32,000 nt of DNA from Candidatus Omnitrophota bacterium (GCA_963662715.1 OY759724.1:210001-242000); one strand, 5' to 3'. Positions 1 to 9,031 are shown, numbered from the stretch's first letter. Program-made: numbers and translations. The notes: generated by a model not told the origin, from the letters alone.

Positions 1-110
1 TAGTTCCGGCCTCTGTGTTTTTAATTTCCAAAACATTAAACGGACCCGGCTTCTACATTAATCCTGACGCGAACCGAAAAACAATCTTCTTTAAAAGTCA
101 TCTCGGACAA

Positions 111-2153
111 CTAACATCTTAACTGCCGCTCAGAATCCACGACATCCCGGTCGATCATGCGTATCAGTTTTGTGATATATTTCTTGGTTTCGTCTGATAA
201 CGGAGTTTCCTGCAGTTCCCGCAAGACCTGCAGAACCATCCGGAAATAACGGACGACCTCCCCTTCATCGGCATCCGAGGATTGCAGAATCTGATCAAAA
301 TCCTCGCCCCGGATCCACCCGTCCATCGCAGCAGCCAAATGAAAGCAACAGATTTTACTTAAGGGCCGGATATCAGATCTTTTTTCAATTTTATGAATCA
401 TCCTGACCGCCTCCGAAGTGATCTGTTCCAGGACTTTTATCTGTCCGCGCAGTTTGGGCTTCCGGGCGCCTTTACGCGGTTCATAAACAACAGCCGCGCA
501 AAGCACACCCAGTTCTAAAAGAGACAATTTATCAAAAATCCCCCAGGAAAACAGTTCGGATAATATCAGCTCGTACCCGTAGACCCGGCTGGCAAAGAAT
601 CCTTTCTCCGTCAAATTCTTTCCTTGAATATATTTCATGTCTTTCAATACTTTGACTTTCCTCTGCAAAAGACGAATGGCTTTGTTCCGGCTGTATTTCT
701 TCTCCTGATAATAATGCAGAGACTGCGGATAAATATCATATAAATTGTCCTGATACTGCTGGTACAGGTTCAGGATGGTGGCATAGGACAGATTAAACCT
801 GGAGAGGACCATCTCCGGCGTCTGATGAATGACATTGTACAAACTTTTGGAAGAAATCTTATGCGGATTGACCCGGCAAAAAACAAACCCTTCCTGGTCA
901 ATGGACCTCCTGCCCGCCCGCCCGGCCATCTGATAAAAATCCCTGGTCTTCATCGTGCTGAAGGAACGGCCGTAAAATTTTCTCAACTCGTCAAAAACAA
1001 CCGCTTTGGCCGGCATATTGATGCCCAGGGCGAAAGTTTCCGTCGTAAAAATGACCTTTATAAGCCGGCTGGTAAACAGACGCTCAACGACTTCCTTTAA
1101 CGTCGGCAGCATCCCCGCATGATGATAGGCGACGCCTCTTTCGACAAAAGGCAGTAAACGGGCCGCACTGGCTTCAGACGTCAAATCATAACGCTCGCAT
1201 AACTCTTCGTACATCGTGCGGACGGCCTTGCGCTCCTCAGGGGCAAGAAAGCTGAAATGCCGGATATCCTCCGCTAAATATTCTGTCCTTTTACGGCTGA
1301 AAACAAAATAAATGCAGGGCAGCATGCGGCATTTCTGCAAATATTTAAAAAGCGTCGATATGCGGTTGGGCCTTATGTCAACGGGAACGGCATCGAAACG
1401 AGCCGCAGGGGGCCGCATGTTTTTATAGCCTTTATGAACCAGGCTCCGGAAATCGCTATAAATTTCATTCTGACACTGATAATAAAAATGCAGCGGCACC
1501 GGCCGGTTCTGTTCCTGAATAATTTTTATAGGATTCTTATGCACAAATTCCAGCCATTTCCCAAGCTGTTCAATATTGGGAACCGTAGCGGAAAGCCCCA
1601 GGATGTTCATGTGATCGGGCAGCAGGATAAGAGCTTCCTCCCAGACGGTCCCGCGTTCAAAATCATCCAAATAATGGATTTCGTCAAAAATAATCCAGGA
1701 ATAATCCTGCAGGTCCTCCTTATCCTCAATAATCTTATTCCGGAATATCTCCGTGGTCATAATCAGAGCCGGAGCATGTGGATTGATGCTCACATCTCCG
1801 GTTAAAATTCCTACGGAGTCCGGGAAAATCGCCTGAAAATCGCGGTACTTCTGATTGGATAAAGCCTTGATAGGAGCGGTGTAAACAACCTTACGACCCT
1901 GCTGAAGGGATGTCAAAATGACATGTTCGGCGATAACTGTCTTCCCCGCCCCGGTCGGAGCCGAGACTAAGACAGAGTATCCCTCATCGATATAGGAAAT
2001 GGCCTCTTCTTGAAATTTATCATAATTCATAAAGCAGGTATATTTTATAATCTGATAGCATGACGGATAATCTTTGACAGGCAGACTCAAACACTCATCC
2101 AGGTCCCTTTCCGGAGGGACACGGCTTTCTGTTGGCGGGGAAATGAGGGACAC
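111..2153 (-). CDS. Ski2/HelY-like superfamily-2 DExH-box helicase
   Basis: 680-aa ORF with motif I SAPTGAGKT, motif II FDEIHY, motif III SAT, AYHHAGMLP, TETFALGINMPA and motif VI QMAGRAGRR, then a long helical C-terminal region as in Ski2-type helicases. Start is uncertain: the ORF opens with GTG at 2153, and an in-frame ATG at 2030 (MNYDKFQEEA...) is an alternative. Confidence 0.85.
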   Translation of the reverse strand: MSLISPPTESRVPPERDLDECLSLPVKDYPSCYQIIKYTCFMNYDKFQEEAISYIDEGYSVLVSAPTGAGKTVIAEHVILTSLQQGRKVVYTAPIKALSNQKYRDFQAIFPDSVGILTGDVSINPHAPALIMTTEIFRNKIIEDKEDLQDYSWIIFDEIHYLDDFERGTVWEEALILLPDHMNILGLSATVPNIEQLGKWLEFVHKNPIKIIQEQNRPVPLHFYYQCQNEIYSDFRSLVHKGYKNMRPPAARFDAVPVDIRPNRISTLFKYLQKCRMLPCIYFVFSRKRTEYLAEDIRHFSFLAPEERKAVRTMYEELCERYDLTSEASAARLLPFVERGVAYHHAGMLPTLKEVVERLFTSRLIKVIFTTETFALGINMPAKAVVFDELRKFYGRSFSTMKTRDFYQMAGRAGRRSIDQEGFVFCRVNPHKISSKSLYNVIHQTPEMVLSRFNLSYATILNLYQQYQDNLYDIYPQSLHYYQEKKYSRNKAIRLLQRKVKVLKDMKYIQGKNLTEKGFFASRVYGYELILSELFSWGIFDKLSLLELGVLCAAVVYEPRKGARKPKLRGQIKVLEQITSEAVRMIHKIEKRSDIRPLSKICCFHLAAAMDGWIRGEDFDQILQSSDADEGEVVRYFRMVLQVLRELQETPLSDETKKYITKLIRMIDRDVVDSERQLRC

Positions 2154-2165
2154 CCAAACGGCCCA

Positions 2166-2549
2166 TCAACAGCCCGATGACTTATGGGAAATCAAATCAT
2201 TGATCCGCGAGACCAGTTCGCTCATTTTAAACGGTTTGGTAAAATAATCATTGATGCCTTCCAGGGCCATGGCCTCCTGTTTTGTTTCATACGACGTGAG
2301 GATAATGATAGGGATCTCATTAATATCTCCCACCTTTTTATACTCTGCGATGAACTCAAAACCGTCCATGACCGGCATCTGAATGTCCAAGACAATAAGG
2401 TCCGGTTTTGCCTGCCAGTATTTTTTTATACCCTCTAGTCCATTGGAGGCGGTTTCCACCTTATAAGAATTATTTATAAGCACTTTCTCCAGCAAACGCC
2501 GGGTAACTTCATCATCATCAATAATAAGAATTTTTCTTTTCTCGAACAT
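2166..2549 (-). CDS. stand-alone CheY-like response regulator receiver protein
   Basis: 127-aa ORF ending 12 nt upstream of the helicase ORF. Receiver signature: acidic pocket IIDDDE, phospho-acceptor context LIVLDIQMPVMDGFEF, ILTSY, TKPF. No output domain. Confidence 0.85.
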   Translation of the reverse strand: MFEKRKILIIDDDEVTRRLLEKVLINNSYKVETASNGLEGIKKYWQAKPDLIVLDIQMPVMDGFEFIAEYKKVGDINEIPIIILTSYETKQEAMALEGINDYFTKPFKMSELVSRINDLISHKSSGC

Positions 2550-2640
2550 AGGACCCCGTATATCTTTTTAAATAACCGTTTTGACCAAAGCGCCATCCCG
2601 CGGGCTTTCCCTGACCAGAAATTTTTCGCTACAATGAAGT

Positions 2641-2649
2641 ATTATAACA
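2641..2649 (-). promoter_or_regulatory. candidate extended -10 promoter (TGTTATAAT) for receiver-helicase unit
   Basis: Minus strand reads TGTTATAAT (TGn + TATAAT) about 90 nt upstream of the receiver ATG. There is no convincing -35. Sequence-only prediction. Confidence 0.35.
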
Positions 2650-2967
2650 TCTGATCCTCCAGGCAAAAGAAAATTATCCAGCAATTATAAAAACGCCTCC
2701 TTGGACTTTGCCGGGAACAGGGCAAAGACCGGGCCGGAAGTCCTTTAAAGATCGCTGTTTCAAATAAAGGAATGCTGCGGAAGAAAAGATTTTGCACCTA
2801 GTGGATCGCCCACCGGCCAACAAACAAAGCCGTACAGCCGATAATACATGAACAATGTCTTTAGGGGGGGACTCCCGGCTATTTGGGAAGACAGACAGGC
2901 GGCACAAGCCCATCAACGGGGACACTTCTCCCAGAAACATATATATAACAAAAAGTTAGAGGGACCC

Positions 2968-3004
2968 GGTCCTCACTTGCGGTCCTCACTTGGGTCCTCA
3001 CTTG
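2968..3004 (-). repeat. three tandem copies of a 12-nt unit spanning the phoU stop codon; probable terminator element
   Basis: GGTCCTCACTTG occurs at 2968-2979, 2981-2992 and 2993-3004 (minus strand CAAGTGAGGACC). Copy 3 contains the phoU TGA. GAGGACC of each copy can pair with minus-strand GGTCCCTC (2959-2966), which is followed by TAACTTTTT on the minus strand. Confidence 0.8.
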
Positions 3005-3693
3005 CTTTCACCGTCCCCGTTCTGCAGGCGTTCCGGATGATGCCTGACAACTTTGGCATTGACGAGGTAAATCGTATCCTGGGCAATGGCTTTGGCCAGG
3101 TCACAAATCCTCTCTAAATCACGGGCGACAAGAAGCAGGGGCACGGCCCGCGGGCTGCAGGCGCCGTCTTTAACCATGTAATCATAAACAAGTTCGTTCA
3201 TAATCGCCGTCCGAAGCTGATTGGCTTCAACATCTTTTAAAATAACTTCCTTGGCCAAAGCCTCGTCACGGTTGACAAAAGCGTCAATCGTTGACTTGAT
3301 CATCCATTTGGCCGTATCCCCCAAAGCCGGCAAATCAATGAGCGGTTTAACATGGCCCAGCTTCTGTTCGACGATTTCAAGCACTCTTTGGCTGATATTG
3401 ACCGTCAAATCAGCCATACGCTCCACCTGCATCGTAAAACTCATGGCTGTTGTGATAAATCGCAAGTCCCTGGCCATAGGCTGGAACAAGGCTAATAAAT
3501 CTATAATTTCCTCTTCGATCTGGTTTTCAAGGTCATCAACGACTTTGTCATCCCGGATAATCTCTTCGGCCAGTTCACTGTTCAGCTGTTTTAAAGCTTC
3601 CATAGACTTATGAACCGCGGTCTCAGTCAAAGCCGCTATCTTCATCAAATTTGTATTTAATTTCTGCAACTCATCATCAAAATGTCTTTCCAT
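2998..3693 (-). CDS. phoU: phosphate signalling complex protein PhoU
   Basis: 231-aa all-helical ORF with two PhoU repeats. N-terminus MERHFDDELQKL... is typical of PhoU. Lies directly downstream of pstB (65-nt gap). Confidence 0.9.
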   Translation of the reverse strand: MERHFDDELQKLNTNLMKIAALTETAVHKSMEALKQLNSELAEEIIRDDKVVDDLENQIEEEIIDLLALFQPMARDLRFITTAMSFTMQVERMADLTVNISQRVLEIVEQKLGHVKPLIDLPALGDTAKWMIKSTIDAFVNRDEALAKEVILKDVEANQLRTAIMNELVYDYMVKDGACSPRAVPLLLVARDLERICDLAKAIAQDTIYLVNAKVVRHHPERLQNGDGESK

Positions 3694-3758
3694 GAAGCAC
3701 TCCTTTTCATCCTGTTACGGGACAGATATCCTCAGGCCAAGCAACAGGTCAGGCCGCA

Positions 3759-4517
3759 TTATCCGAAACGGCCTGTGATATATTCTTCCGTAATCTTTTT
3801 TTGAGGTTTTGTAAAAATATCCGTCGTCTTTCCGGTTTCAATCAGTTCCCCCTGCATTAAAAAAGCCGTGATGTCTGATATCCGGGCCGCCTGCTGCATA
3901 TTATGCGTCACGATAATGATCGTATACGTGTTTTTTAATTGTACTATAAGTTCCTCTAATTTTGAAGTGGCGATAGGGTCCAAAGCCGAAGCCGGCTCAT
4001 CCATCAAAAGGATCTGAGGTTCAATCGCCAGAGCGCGAGCCACACATAAACGCTGCTGCTGGCCGCCGGACAAGGCAAAAGCGTTGTCATTAAGCCTGTC
4101 CTTGACTTCTTCCCAAAGGGCCGCGTTTTTCAGGCTGATTTCAACTTTTTCCGCGAGGTAATTCTTATCCTTGATCCCGTTAATCCTCAGCCCGTAGGCC
4201 ACATTATTGAAAATGGATTTCGGAAACGGGTTCGGCTTCTGGAACACCATGCCGACATTCTTGCGCAAATCCACGACATCATAATCTTTGGCATAAATGT
4301 TCCTGCCGTCAATAAGCATTTCCCCCTCTGTCCGGGCCCCTCTTATGAGATCATTCATCCGGTTCATACAGCGTAAAAATGTTGATTTACCGCATCCCGA
4401 GGGCCCGATAATGCTTGTGACCTGTTTCTCAGAAAAGCTGATCGTAATGCTTTTCAAGCATAAAGATGAACCGTAGAAAAAATTGAAATTTTTAACTCTT
4501 ATTTTGTTTGGATTCAT
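3759..4517 (-). CDS. pstB: phosphate ABC transporter ATP-binding protein PstB
   Basis: Walker [10 protein letters not shown], signature LSGGQQQRL, Walker [13 protein letters not shown]-loop VTHNM. Starts 3 nt after the pstA stop. Confidence 0.95.
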   Translation of the reverse strand: MNPNKIRVKNFNFFYGSSLCLKSITISFSEKQVTSIIGPSGCGKSTFLRCMNRMNDLIRGARTEGEMLIDGRNIYAKDYDVVDLRKNVGMVFQKPNPFPKSIFNNVAYGLRINGIKDKNYLAEKVEISLKNAALWEEVKDRLNDNAFALSGGQQQRLCVARALAIEPQILLMDEPASALDPIATSKLEELIVQLKNTYTIIIVTHNMQQAARISDITAFLMQGELIETGKTTDIFTKPQKKITEEYITGRFG

Positions 4518-4520
4518 AAA

Positions 4521-5375
4521 TCATTCCCTCTGCTGCTTTCTGAGTTTATACCGGATAAGAATGGCAGAAAAATTCATCATAAAGACTAAAACGATTAAAA
4601 CCAAAGCCGTGCCGTAAGCAATAGGACGCACCTTTTCAATGGCATGATGCTGGGTTGACATAATATATAGATGGTACGGCAAGGCCATAAACTGATCTTT
4701 AATGGATCGGGGCAGAATCGGGAGAAAAAAAGCTGCCCCCGTGAATAAAATAGGCGCCGTCTCCCCCGCGGCCCGGGCTAATCCCAGAATGGTTCCGGTC
4801 AACATCCCGGGGATAGCGTAAGGCAACACATTTGTCCAGATAGATTCCCATTTGGTGGCTCCTAAAGCCAGAGCGCCTTCCCGATAAGACTTGGGAACAC
4901 TCTTCAGAGCTTCTTCCGAAGCTGTTATCGTCCAGGGAAGCGTCATCAGCCCCAGAGTCATCCCGGCAGAAAGGATTCCCGTTCCCAAATGCATCATCTC
5001 AACGAACAAAGCCACTCCGAATAAACCATAGACAATGGATGGAACGCCGGATAAATTTCTTATACTCATTCGGATCAGCCGCGTCAGCTTGCTGTCACCG
5101 GCATATTCATTCAAATAAATGGCGCATCCCATGCCCAAAGGAACGGCAAAAACCGCCGTAATTAAGGTCACCCAGAATGTTCCGACAATGGCCGGGAAAA
5201 TGCCCCCTTCCGTCATCCCCTTCCGGGGAGCCTGGGTGAGGAATTCCCAGCTGATTTTCCCGATCCCCTTGGTAAAAATATCGTAAAAGATGACGATGAG
5301 GATAAAAGCGACAAAGAACATGCAAAATCGCAAAAAGAAAAAACCTAATATCTGCGTGACATTTTTTTTCTGCAT
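4521..5375 (-). CDS. pstA: phosphate ABC transporter permease PstA
   Basis: 284-aa six-TM permease with GGIFPAIVGTFW and LSGVPSIVYGLFG motifs typical of PstA. Position is between pstC and pstB. Confidence 0.9.
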   Translation of the reverse strand: MQKKNVTQILGFFFLRFCMFFVAFILIVIFYDIFTKGIGKISWEFLTQAPRKGMTEGGIFPAIVGTFWVTLITAVFAVPLGMGCAIYLNEYAGDSKLTRLIRMSIRNLSGVPSIVYGLFGVALFVEMMHLGTGILSAGMTLGLMTLPWTITASEEALKSVPKSYREGALALGATKWESIWTNVLPYAIPGMLTGTILGLARAAGETAPILFTGAAFFLPILPRSIKDQFMALPYHLYIMSTQHHAIEKVRPIAYGTALVLIVLVFMMNFSAILIRYKLRKQQRE

Positions 5376-5452
5376 AATTTTTCTGCTTTTTAAATACAGA
5401 TCTTTATAAATCCTCTACAGGATTTCTTGGCTAAATATCAAAATCAGACTCT

Positions 5453-6334
5453 CTACATTCTCACTTTTTGTTCGTAACGGTGTAATACAATATCAGCGAT
5501 CAGGTTAATGATAAAGGTTATAATAAACAACACTAAACCGATCGCAAATAAAGCATGATAATGGGTTGTAAAATAAGGGACCTCCCCTAATTCAATAGCA
5601 ATACTGGCTGTGAGCGTGCGGACGGAATCTGTAAATTTATGAGGGAACGCCGGCGCATTCCCCGTGGCCATGAGCACCGTCATGGTTTCTCCGATAGCTC
5701 GGCCCATCCCTAACATGCAGGCCGCCAGGATCCCGGAACTCGCAGCGGGAATTTTGACCCGGATTAAAGTTTGCCAGGGATTCCCGCCAAGAGCCAGCGA
5801 AGCCTCGGTATAAGATTTGGGTACACTGCCGAGGGCATCTTCCGTCAGACTGACAATCGTCGGCAAGGCCATGACCGCCAGCAGGATCGAGCCGTTAATG
5901 GCATTCAAACCATTGCTTAACCCCGCCGCCCTGGCGATCAGGGGCCCGACCATAACGATCCCTAAAAATCCTATAACAACGGAAGGAATCCCGGCCAAAA
6001 TTTCCACAATGGGTTTGGCTGTTTCCCTGACTCTATGGCTGGCGACATCGGATAAATAAGCAGCTGTTCCAATACCTAAAGGGATGGCTATCAACAAAGC
6101 CCCCAAAGTGACCATGAACGTACTCATGACCATGGAGAGGATTCCGTATTTCTCTTTCACATAGGATGTCGGATTCCACTCAGCCGTGAACAGGAACTCG
6201 GTTAGCTTAATGTCCTTAAACGCAGGAAGGCTGTTCGTCAGCAAAAGGATAAATATCCCGGCCAGCGAGATAACAACAATCATCCCGTTAACAAAGAACA
6301 GGCCCGCAATAATCTTTTCTTTATTTATTTTCAT
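5453..6334 (-). CDS. pstC: phosphate ABC transporter permease PstC
   Basis: 293-aa six-TM permease with EILAGIPSVVIGFLG and GRAIGETM motifs. Lies immediately downstream of pstS. Confidence 0.9.
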   Translation of the reverse strand: MKINKEKIIAGLFFVNGMIVVISLAGIFILLLTNSLPAFKDIKLTEFLFTAEWNPTSYVKEKYGILSMVMSTFMVTLGALLIAIPLGIGTAAYLSDVASHRVRETAKPIVEILAGIPSVVIGFLGIVMVGPLIARAAGLSNGLNAINGSILLAVMALPTIVSLTEDALGSVPKSYTEASLALGGNPWQTLIRVKIPAASSGILAACMLGMGRAIGETMTVLMATGNAPAFPHKFTDSVRTLTASIAIELGEVPYFTTHYHALFAIGLVLFIITFIINLIADIVLHRYEQKVRM

Positions 6335-6376
6335 GGAACAGCTGCTTATTCGATCAACAAAACTTCACCTCAGTTA

Positions 6377-7249
6377 TTAAAACCCCAGCTTTTTATTAAG
6401 CTCGGTATATTCGTCCGGGATCTGGAAAAACCCTTCTTCCTCAACGATGTTCTGCCCTTCCGCGCTTAACTCAAAAGCGATGAAGGCTCTGACATCTCCG
6501 GAGGGGGAACCGTTAACATACTGGTTTAACGGACGGGCAATGGGATACTTGCCGCTTTTCACATCATACTTATCCAGCGGGCTCGCATAGTCAGCGCCTG
6601 CCCGGGCAGCCACCTCAGCTACGGTTAATCCGGAAGCATCCTTGACATAGCCGACACCGACATAACCGATACCGGAAGAATCATTCTTGACCGCTTCCAC
6701 GATCTGGGCATTGCCGTTCATACGGTTCATTTTGGCAGAATAATCGCCTTTCAGAACTTGTTCCTGAAAGAAGACAAAAGTCCCGGAATTAGACTGGCGT
6801 CCGTAAAGAGTGATGGACGCATCCTTGCCTCCGAGCTCAGACCAGTTCGTAACTTCACCTCGGAATATTTTCCCTAGTTCATCAATGGTAAATTTTTTAA
6901 CCGTATTATCCGGATGCACAATGACGCTTAAGCCGTCCATGGCAATAACGACACGTTTGGCCGTTACCCCCCTTGAGGCGGCCTGATCAACCTCTTTGGC
7001 TTTCATCCCTCGGGAAGCATCGGCAATATCACACTTACCGTTAATTAAAGCTGAAATACCCGTCCCGGATCCGCCGCCCGTTACGGCGATAAATTTCCCC
7101 GGGTTCTTTTCCATATAAACTTCGGCCAAACGCTGCACTAAATTGATCAGGGTATCCGACCCCTTAATCTGCAGCATGTCGGCATAGCCTGTTTGTGTCC
7201 ACGCACACAGCAGCGCGAAACACAGGATGATGTTCACGATAAATTTCAT
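6377..7249 (-). CDS. pstS: phosphate ABC transporter substrate-binding protein PstS
   Basis: Signal peptide MKFIVNIILCFALLCAWTQTGYA, then the KGSDTL and TGGGSGTG loops characteristic of PstS-type phosphate-binding proteins. Confidence 0.9.
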   Translation of the reverse strand: MKFIVNIILCFALLCAWTQTGYADMLQIKGSDTLINLVQRLAEVYMEKNPGKFIAVTGGGSGTGISALINGKCDIADASRGMKAKEVDQAASRGVTAKRVVIAMDGLSVIVHPDNTVKKFTIDELGKIFRGEVTNWSELGGKDASITLYGRQSNSGTFVFFQEQVLKGDYSAKMNRMNGNAQIVEAVKNDSSGIGYVGVGYVKDASGLTVAEVAARAGADYASPLDKYDVKSGKYPIARPLNQYVNGSPSGDVRAFIAFELSAEGQNIVEEEGFFQIPDEYTELNKKLGF

Positions 7250-7293
7250 TGATTCTTTTCCTTCCTTAACAAAGTTAAATTAGATTCCGCCTG

Positions 7294-8568
7294 TTAGAAC
7301 TTGACGACCAGATCAACCTGCAGCAGATGATCTAAGTCTTCGGACCTTTTAATGCGGTCATTTTGATAATAATCTATCCCAAAAATAATATTCTTTTTAA
7401 GGGCATAGTTTAAAATGACTTCATGCGAGATCACGTCTGTTTCTCCGGACCGGCGGTCGGAATCCGGGAACGTGTCTAAAAACGCGTCTCTCTGTAGATT
7501 GACAAACTGATATTTCAACTGCCAGGTCCCTTGTTTTTTCACTTTCTGATGACCGAGCTTCATACCGAAAGCCCATCCGTGCCGCTGTTCAATGTTCCTG
7601 TCAATATTCACGATATAATCCGCGAAAAAGGCAATCCGGTCATCAATTTGCAAAGGCAATCCTCCGAACGCTTCACGGACACCGAACTCCGCAGAATATC
7701 CAAAAGAGTCATAATCATACTCAAGCGCCGTCGTCGCTCCCGTGTTCGTCTCGGCACTGTAATCTAATGTCCTGTTCTGAACATTATCGAAAGCATAATA
7801 GGTTGCCGCCAGTTTGGCATCCATTTTTTCTTCTTTATATTCCAGCCCCGCCTGAGTGTAATATAAAAACGGAGCCCCTTTATCACTGTGGCTGTTTTCA
7901 TCCATAACCCACACACCCGTGTTGAAAATATAATCCGTATTGTCAATGAGGGCCATGCCGGAATTATTCAGGATTTTGCCCTGCGCGTGCAAAGACCCGC
8001 CGGTAGGATTAATATCGCCGTCCCAAAGCATATCGGTCGGAGCCCAAAGATATTTCTTTCTCTCAAATTTTCCCGCTACGAGTTCCACGTCTTTGGCATA
8101 AGGCGGAACATAGTTCACATAAGCATAATCCAGACGCAAGTCACCGGTCTCAAAGGTGTTGCTAAAAGTCTGATTTGTGGAACGCGGATCCCCACCGCCA
8201 CTGGCAATACCAGCGCCGACATCCACATCTCCGGCTTTTGTCATGAGGCCCAAACGGTAACGGACACGTCCGCGCTCTTTCGCATCCGTATCCGACGCAT
8301 CGCGCTCATACTGATAACGAACCCGCAGGTCACCTTTTAACTTCATCTTTTGCACCCAGGACGGCAGGGTGGGGTGCGTTCCCTGAGAAATTTCTTCAGC
8401 GACCTGCTGTTTTGTTTCATCTTTGATAATTTGGGCCTCAAAAGGCGTTATGATATCTTTCTGAACAAGTGTTTCCAGAAGCACATCAATCTCGCCGGCA
8501 AAGGAAGCCGAAAGAAGCACCCCTCCGAGTATTAAACCTGTTAATCCTAAAACGACTAACTTTTTCAT
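7294..8568 (-). CDS. putative outer-membrane porin (phosphate-porin-like by context)
   Basis: Signal peptide MKKLVVLGLTGLILGGVLLSASFA, an N-terminal helical segment, then an alternating beta-strand pattern and a C-terminal ...VDLVVKF typical of beta-barrels. Sits between the Pho-box promoter and pstS. The ORF track opens at GTG 8583; I prefer ATG 8568, which has AAAGGAG 5 nt upstream. Confidence 0.6.
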   Translation of the reverse strand: MKKLVVLGLTGLILGGVLLSASFAGEIDVLLETLVQKDIITPFEAQIIKDETKQQVAEEISQGTHPTLPSWVQKMKLKGDLRVRYQYERDASDTDAKERGRVRYRLGLMTKAGDVDVGAGIASGGGDPRSTNQTFSNTFETGDLRLDYAYVNYVPPYAKDVELVAGKFERKKYLWAPTDMLWDGDINPTGGSLHAQGKILNNSGMALIDNTDYIFNTGVWVMDENSHSDKGAPFLYYTQAGLEYKEEKMDAKLAATYYAFDNVQNRTLDYSAETNTGATTALEYDYDSFGYSAEFGVREAFGGLPLQIDDRIAFFADYIVNIDRNIEQRHGWAFGMKLGHQKVKKQGTWQLKYQFVNLQRDAFLDTFPDSDRRSGETDVISHEVILNYALKKNIIFGIDYYQNDRIKRSEDLDHLLQVDLVVKF

Positions 8569-8587
8569 TTTTTCTCCTTTCACCCAT

Positions 8588-8788
8588 TTAAGAAAAAGAT
8601 CCCAACGATTTCCTGATGGTGCGAATTCTGAATTCAGACATTTTAAGCGAATCTTTTAAATAACTGTCTTCAAAATTGTTGTTATGTTCCAAAGAATTCA
8701 ACAAATTCTGCAGACAGATAATTTCTCTTTGTATACTGCGAACGGTGTAGTCAAGATGCAGGCATGAAATGTTTTGACTTGAAACCAT
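8588..8788 (-). CDS. hypothetical 66-aa protein, first cistron of the porin-pst operon
   Basis: ATG at 8788 is preceded by GGAGGTGA with a 3-nt spacer (minus strand AAAGGAGGTGAATCATG; 5 nt from the GGAGG core). Stop lies 4 nt before the porin ORF. Predicted helical, with no family recognised. Confidence 0.45.
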   Translation of the reverse strand: MVSSQNISCLHLDYTVRSIQREIICLQNLLNSLEHNNNFEDSYLKDSLKMSEFRIRTIRKSLGSFS

Positions 8789-8820
8789 GATTCACCTCCT
8801 TTCTGTTCTTTAGAATTAAT

Positions 8821-8872
8821 CTTATATGCCGCTTGTGAGGAACAAATGAAGGGAATGTGAAAATCATGTAAA
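8821..8872 (-). promoter_or_regulatory. Pho-box array plus -10 element (PhoB-dependent promoter of small ORF-porin-pstSCAB-phoU)
   Basis: Minus strand reads TTTACA(8872-8867)-N5-TTCACA(8861-8856)-N5-TTCATT(8850-8845)-N5-CTCACA(8839-8834), an exact 11-bp phasing. Then 7 nt, then TATAAG (8826-8821). The array replaces a -35 element, as at PhoB/PhoP-activated promoters. Confidence 0.6.
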
Positions 8873-9031
8873 ACAGGGAATTATTCTTGAAAAAAATGAA
8901 ATTACCTGGGGGAATTTGTCTGTTTTTCTTTAAACTGGGTAAAATCCAGCCTGAAAAGGCTTTTCACAGACGCTAACGACAGAAGTGTTTTGATAAGATA
9001 AGTAACCCAGAAAGGGGGTCGGGACAGATTT

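Noticed and set aside
2716-2730. Plus-strand AACAGGGCAAAGACC resembles the ACAGGGCAAACC core of the c-di-GMP-I (GEMM) riboswitch.
   Set aside because: It is on the plus strand with no plus-strand gene downstream. I could not find the second conserved half (GCAAAGCC...CCGGG P2 stem with tetraloop receptor), so this is probably chance. Only a covariance-model scan could settle it.
2674-2940. 88-aa minus-strand ORF in the phoU-receiver gap.
   Set aside because: It has no Shine-Dalgarno (the ATG sits in TTGTTATATATATG), a Cys/Arg/Leu/Pro-rich sequence and no recognisable motif. The region is treated as non-coding, possibly RNA.
5408-5425. 7-bp hairpin AAATCCT/AGGATTT in the 77-nt pstC-pstA spacer.
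   Set aside because: No U-tract follows on the coding strand, so it is not a terminator. A short AT-rich stem could arise by chance, and at most it is an mRNA-processing or stability element.
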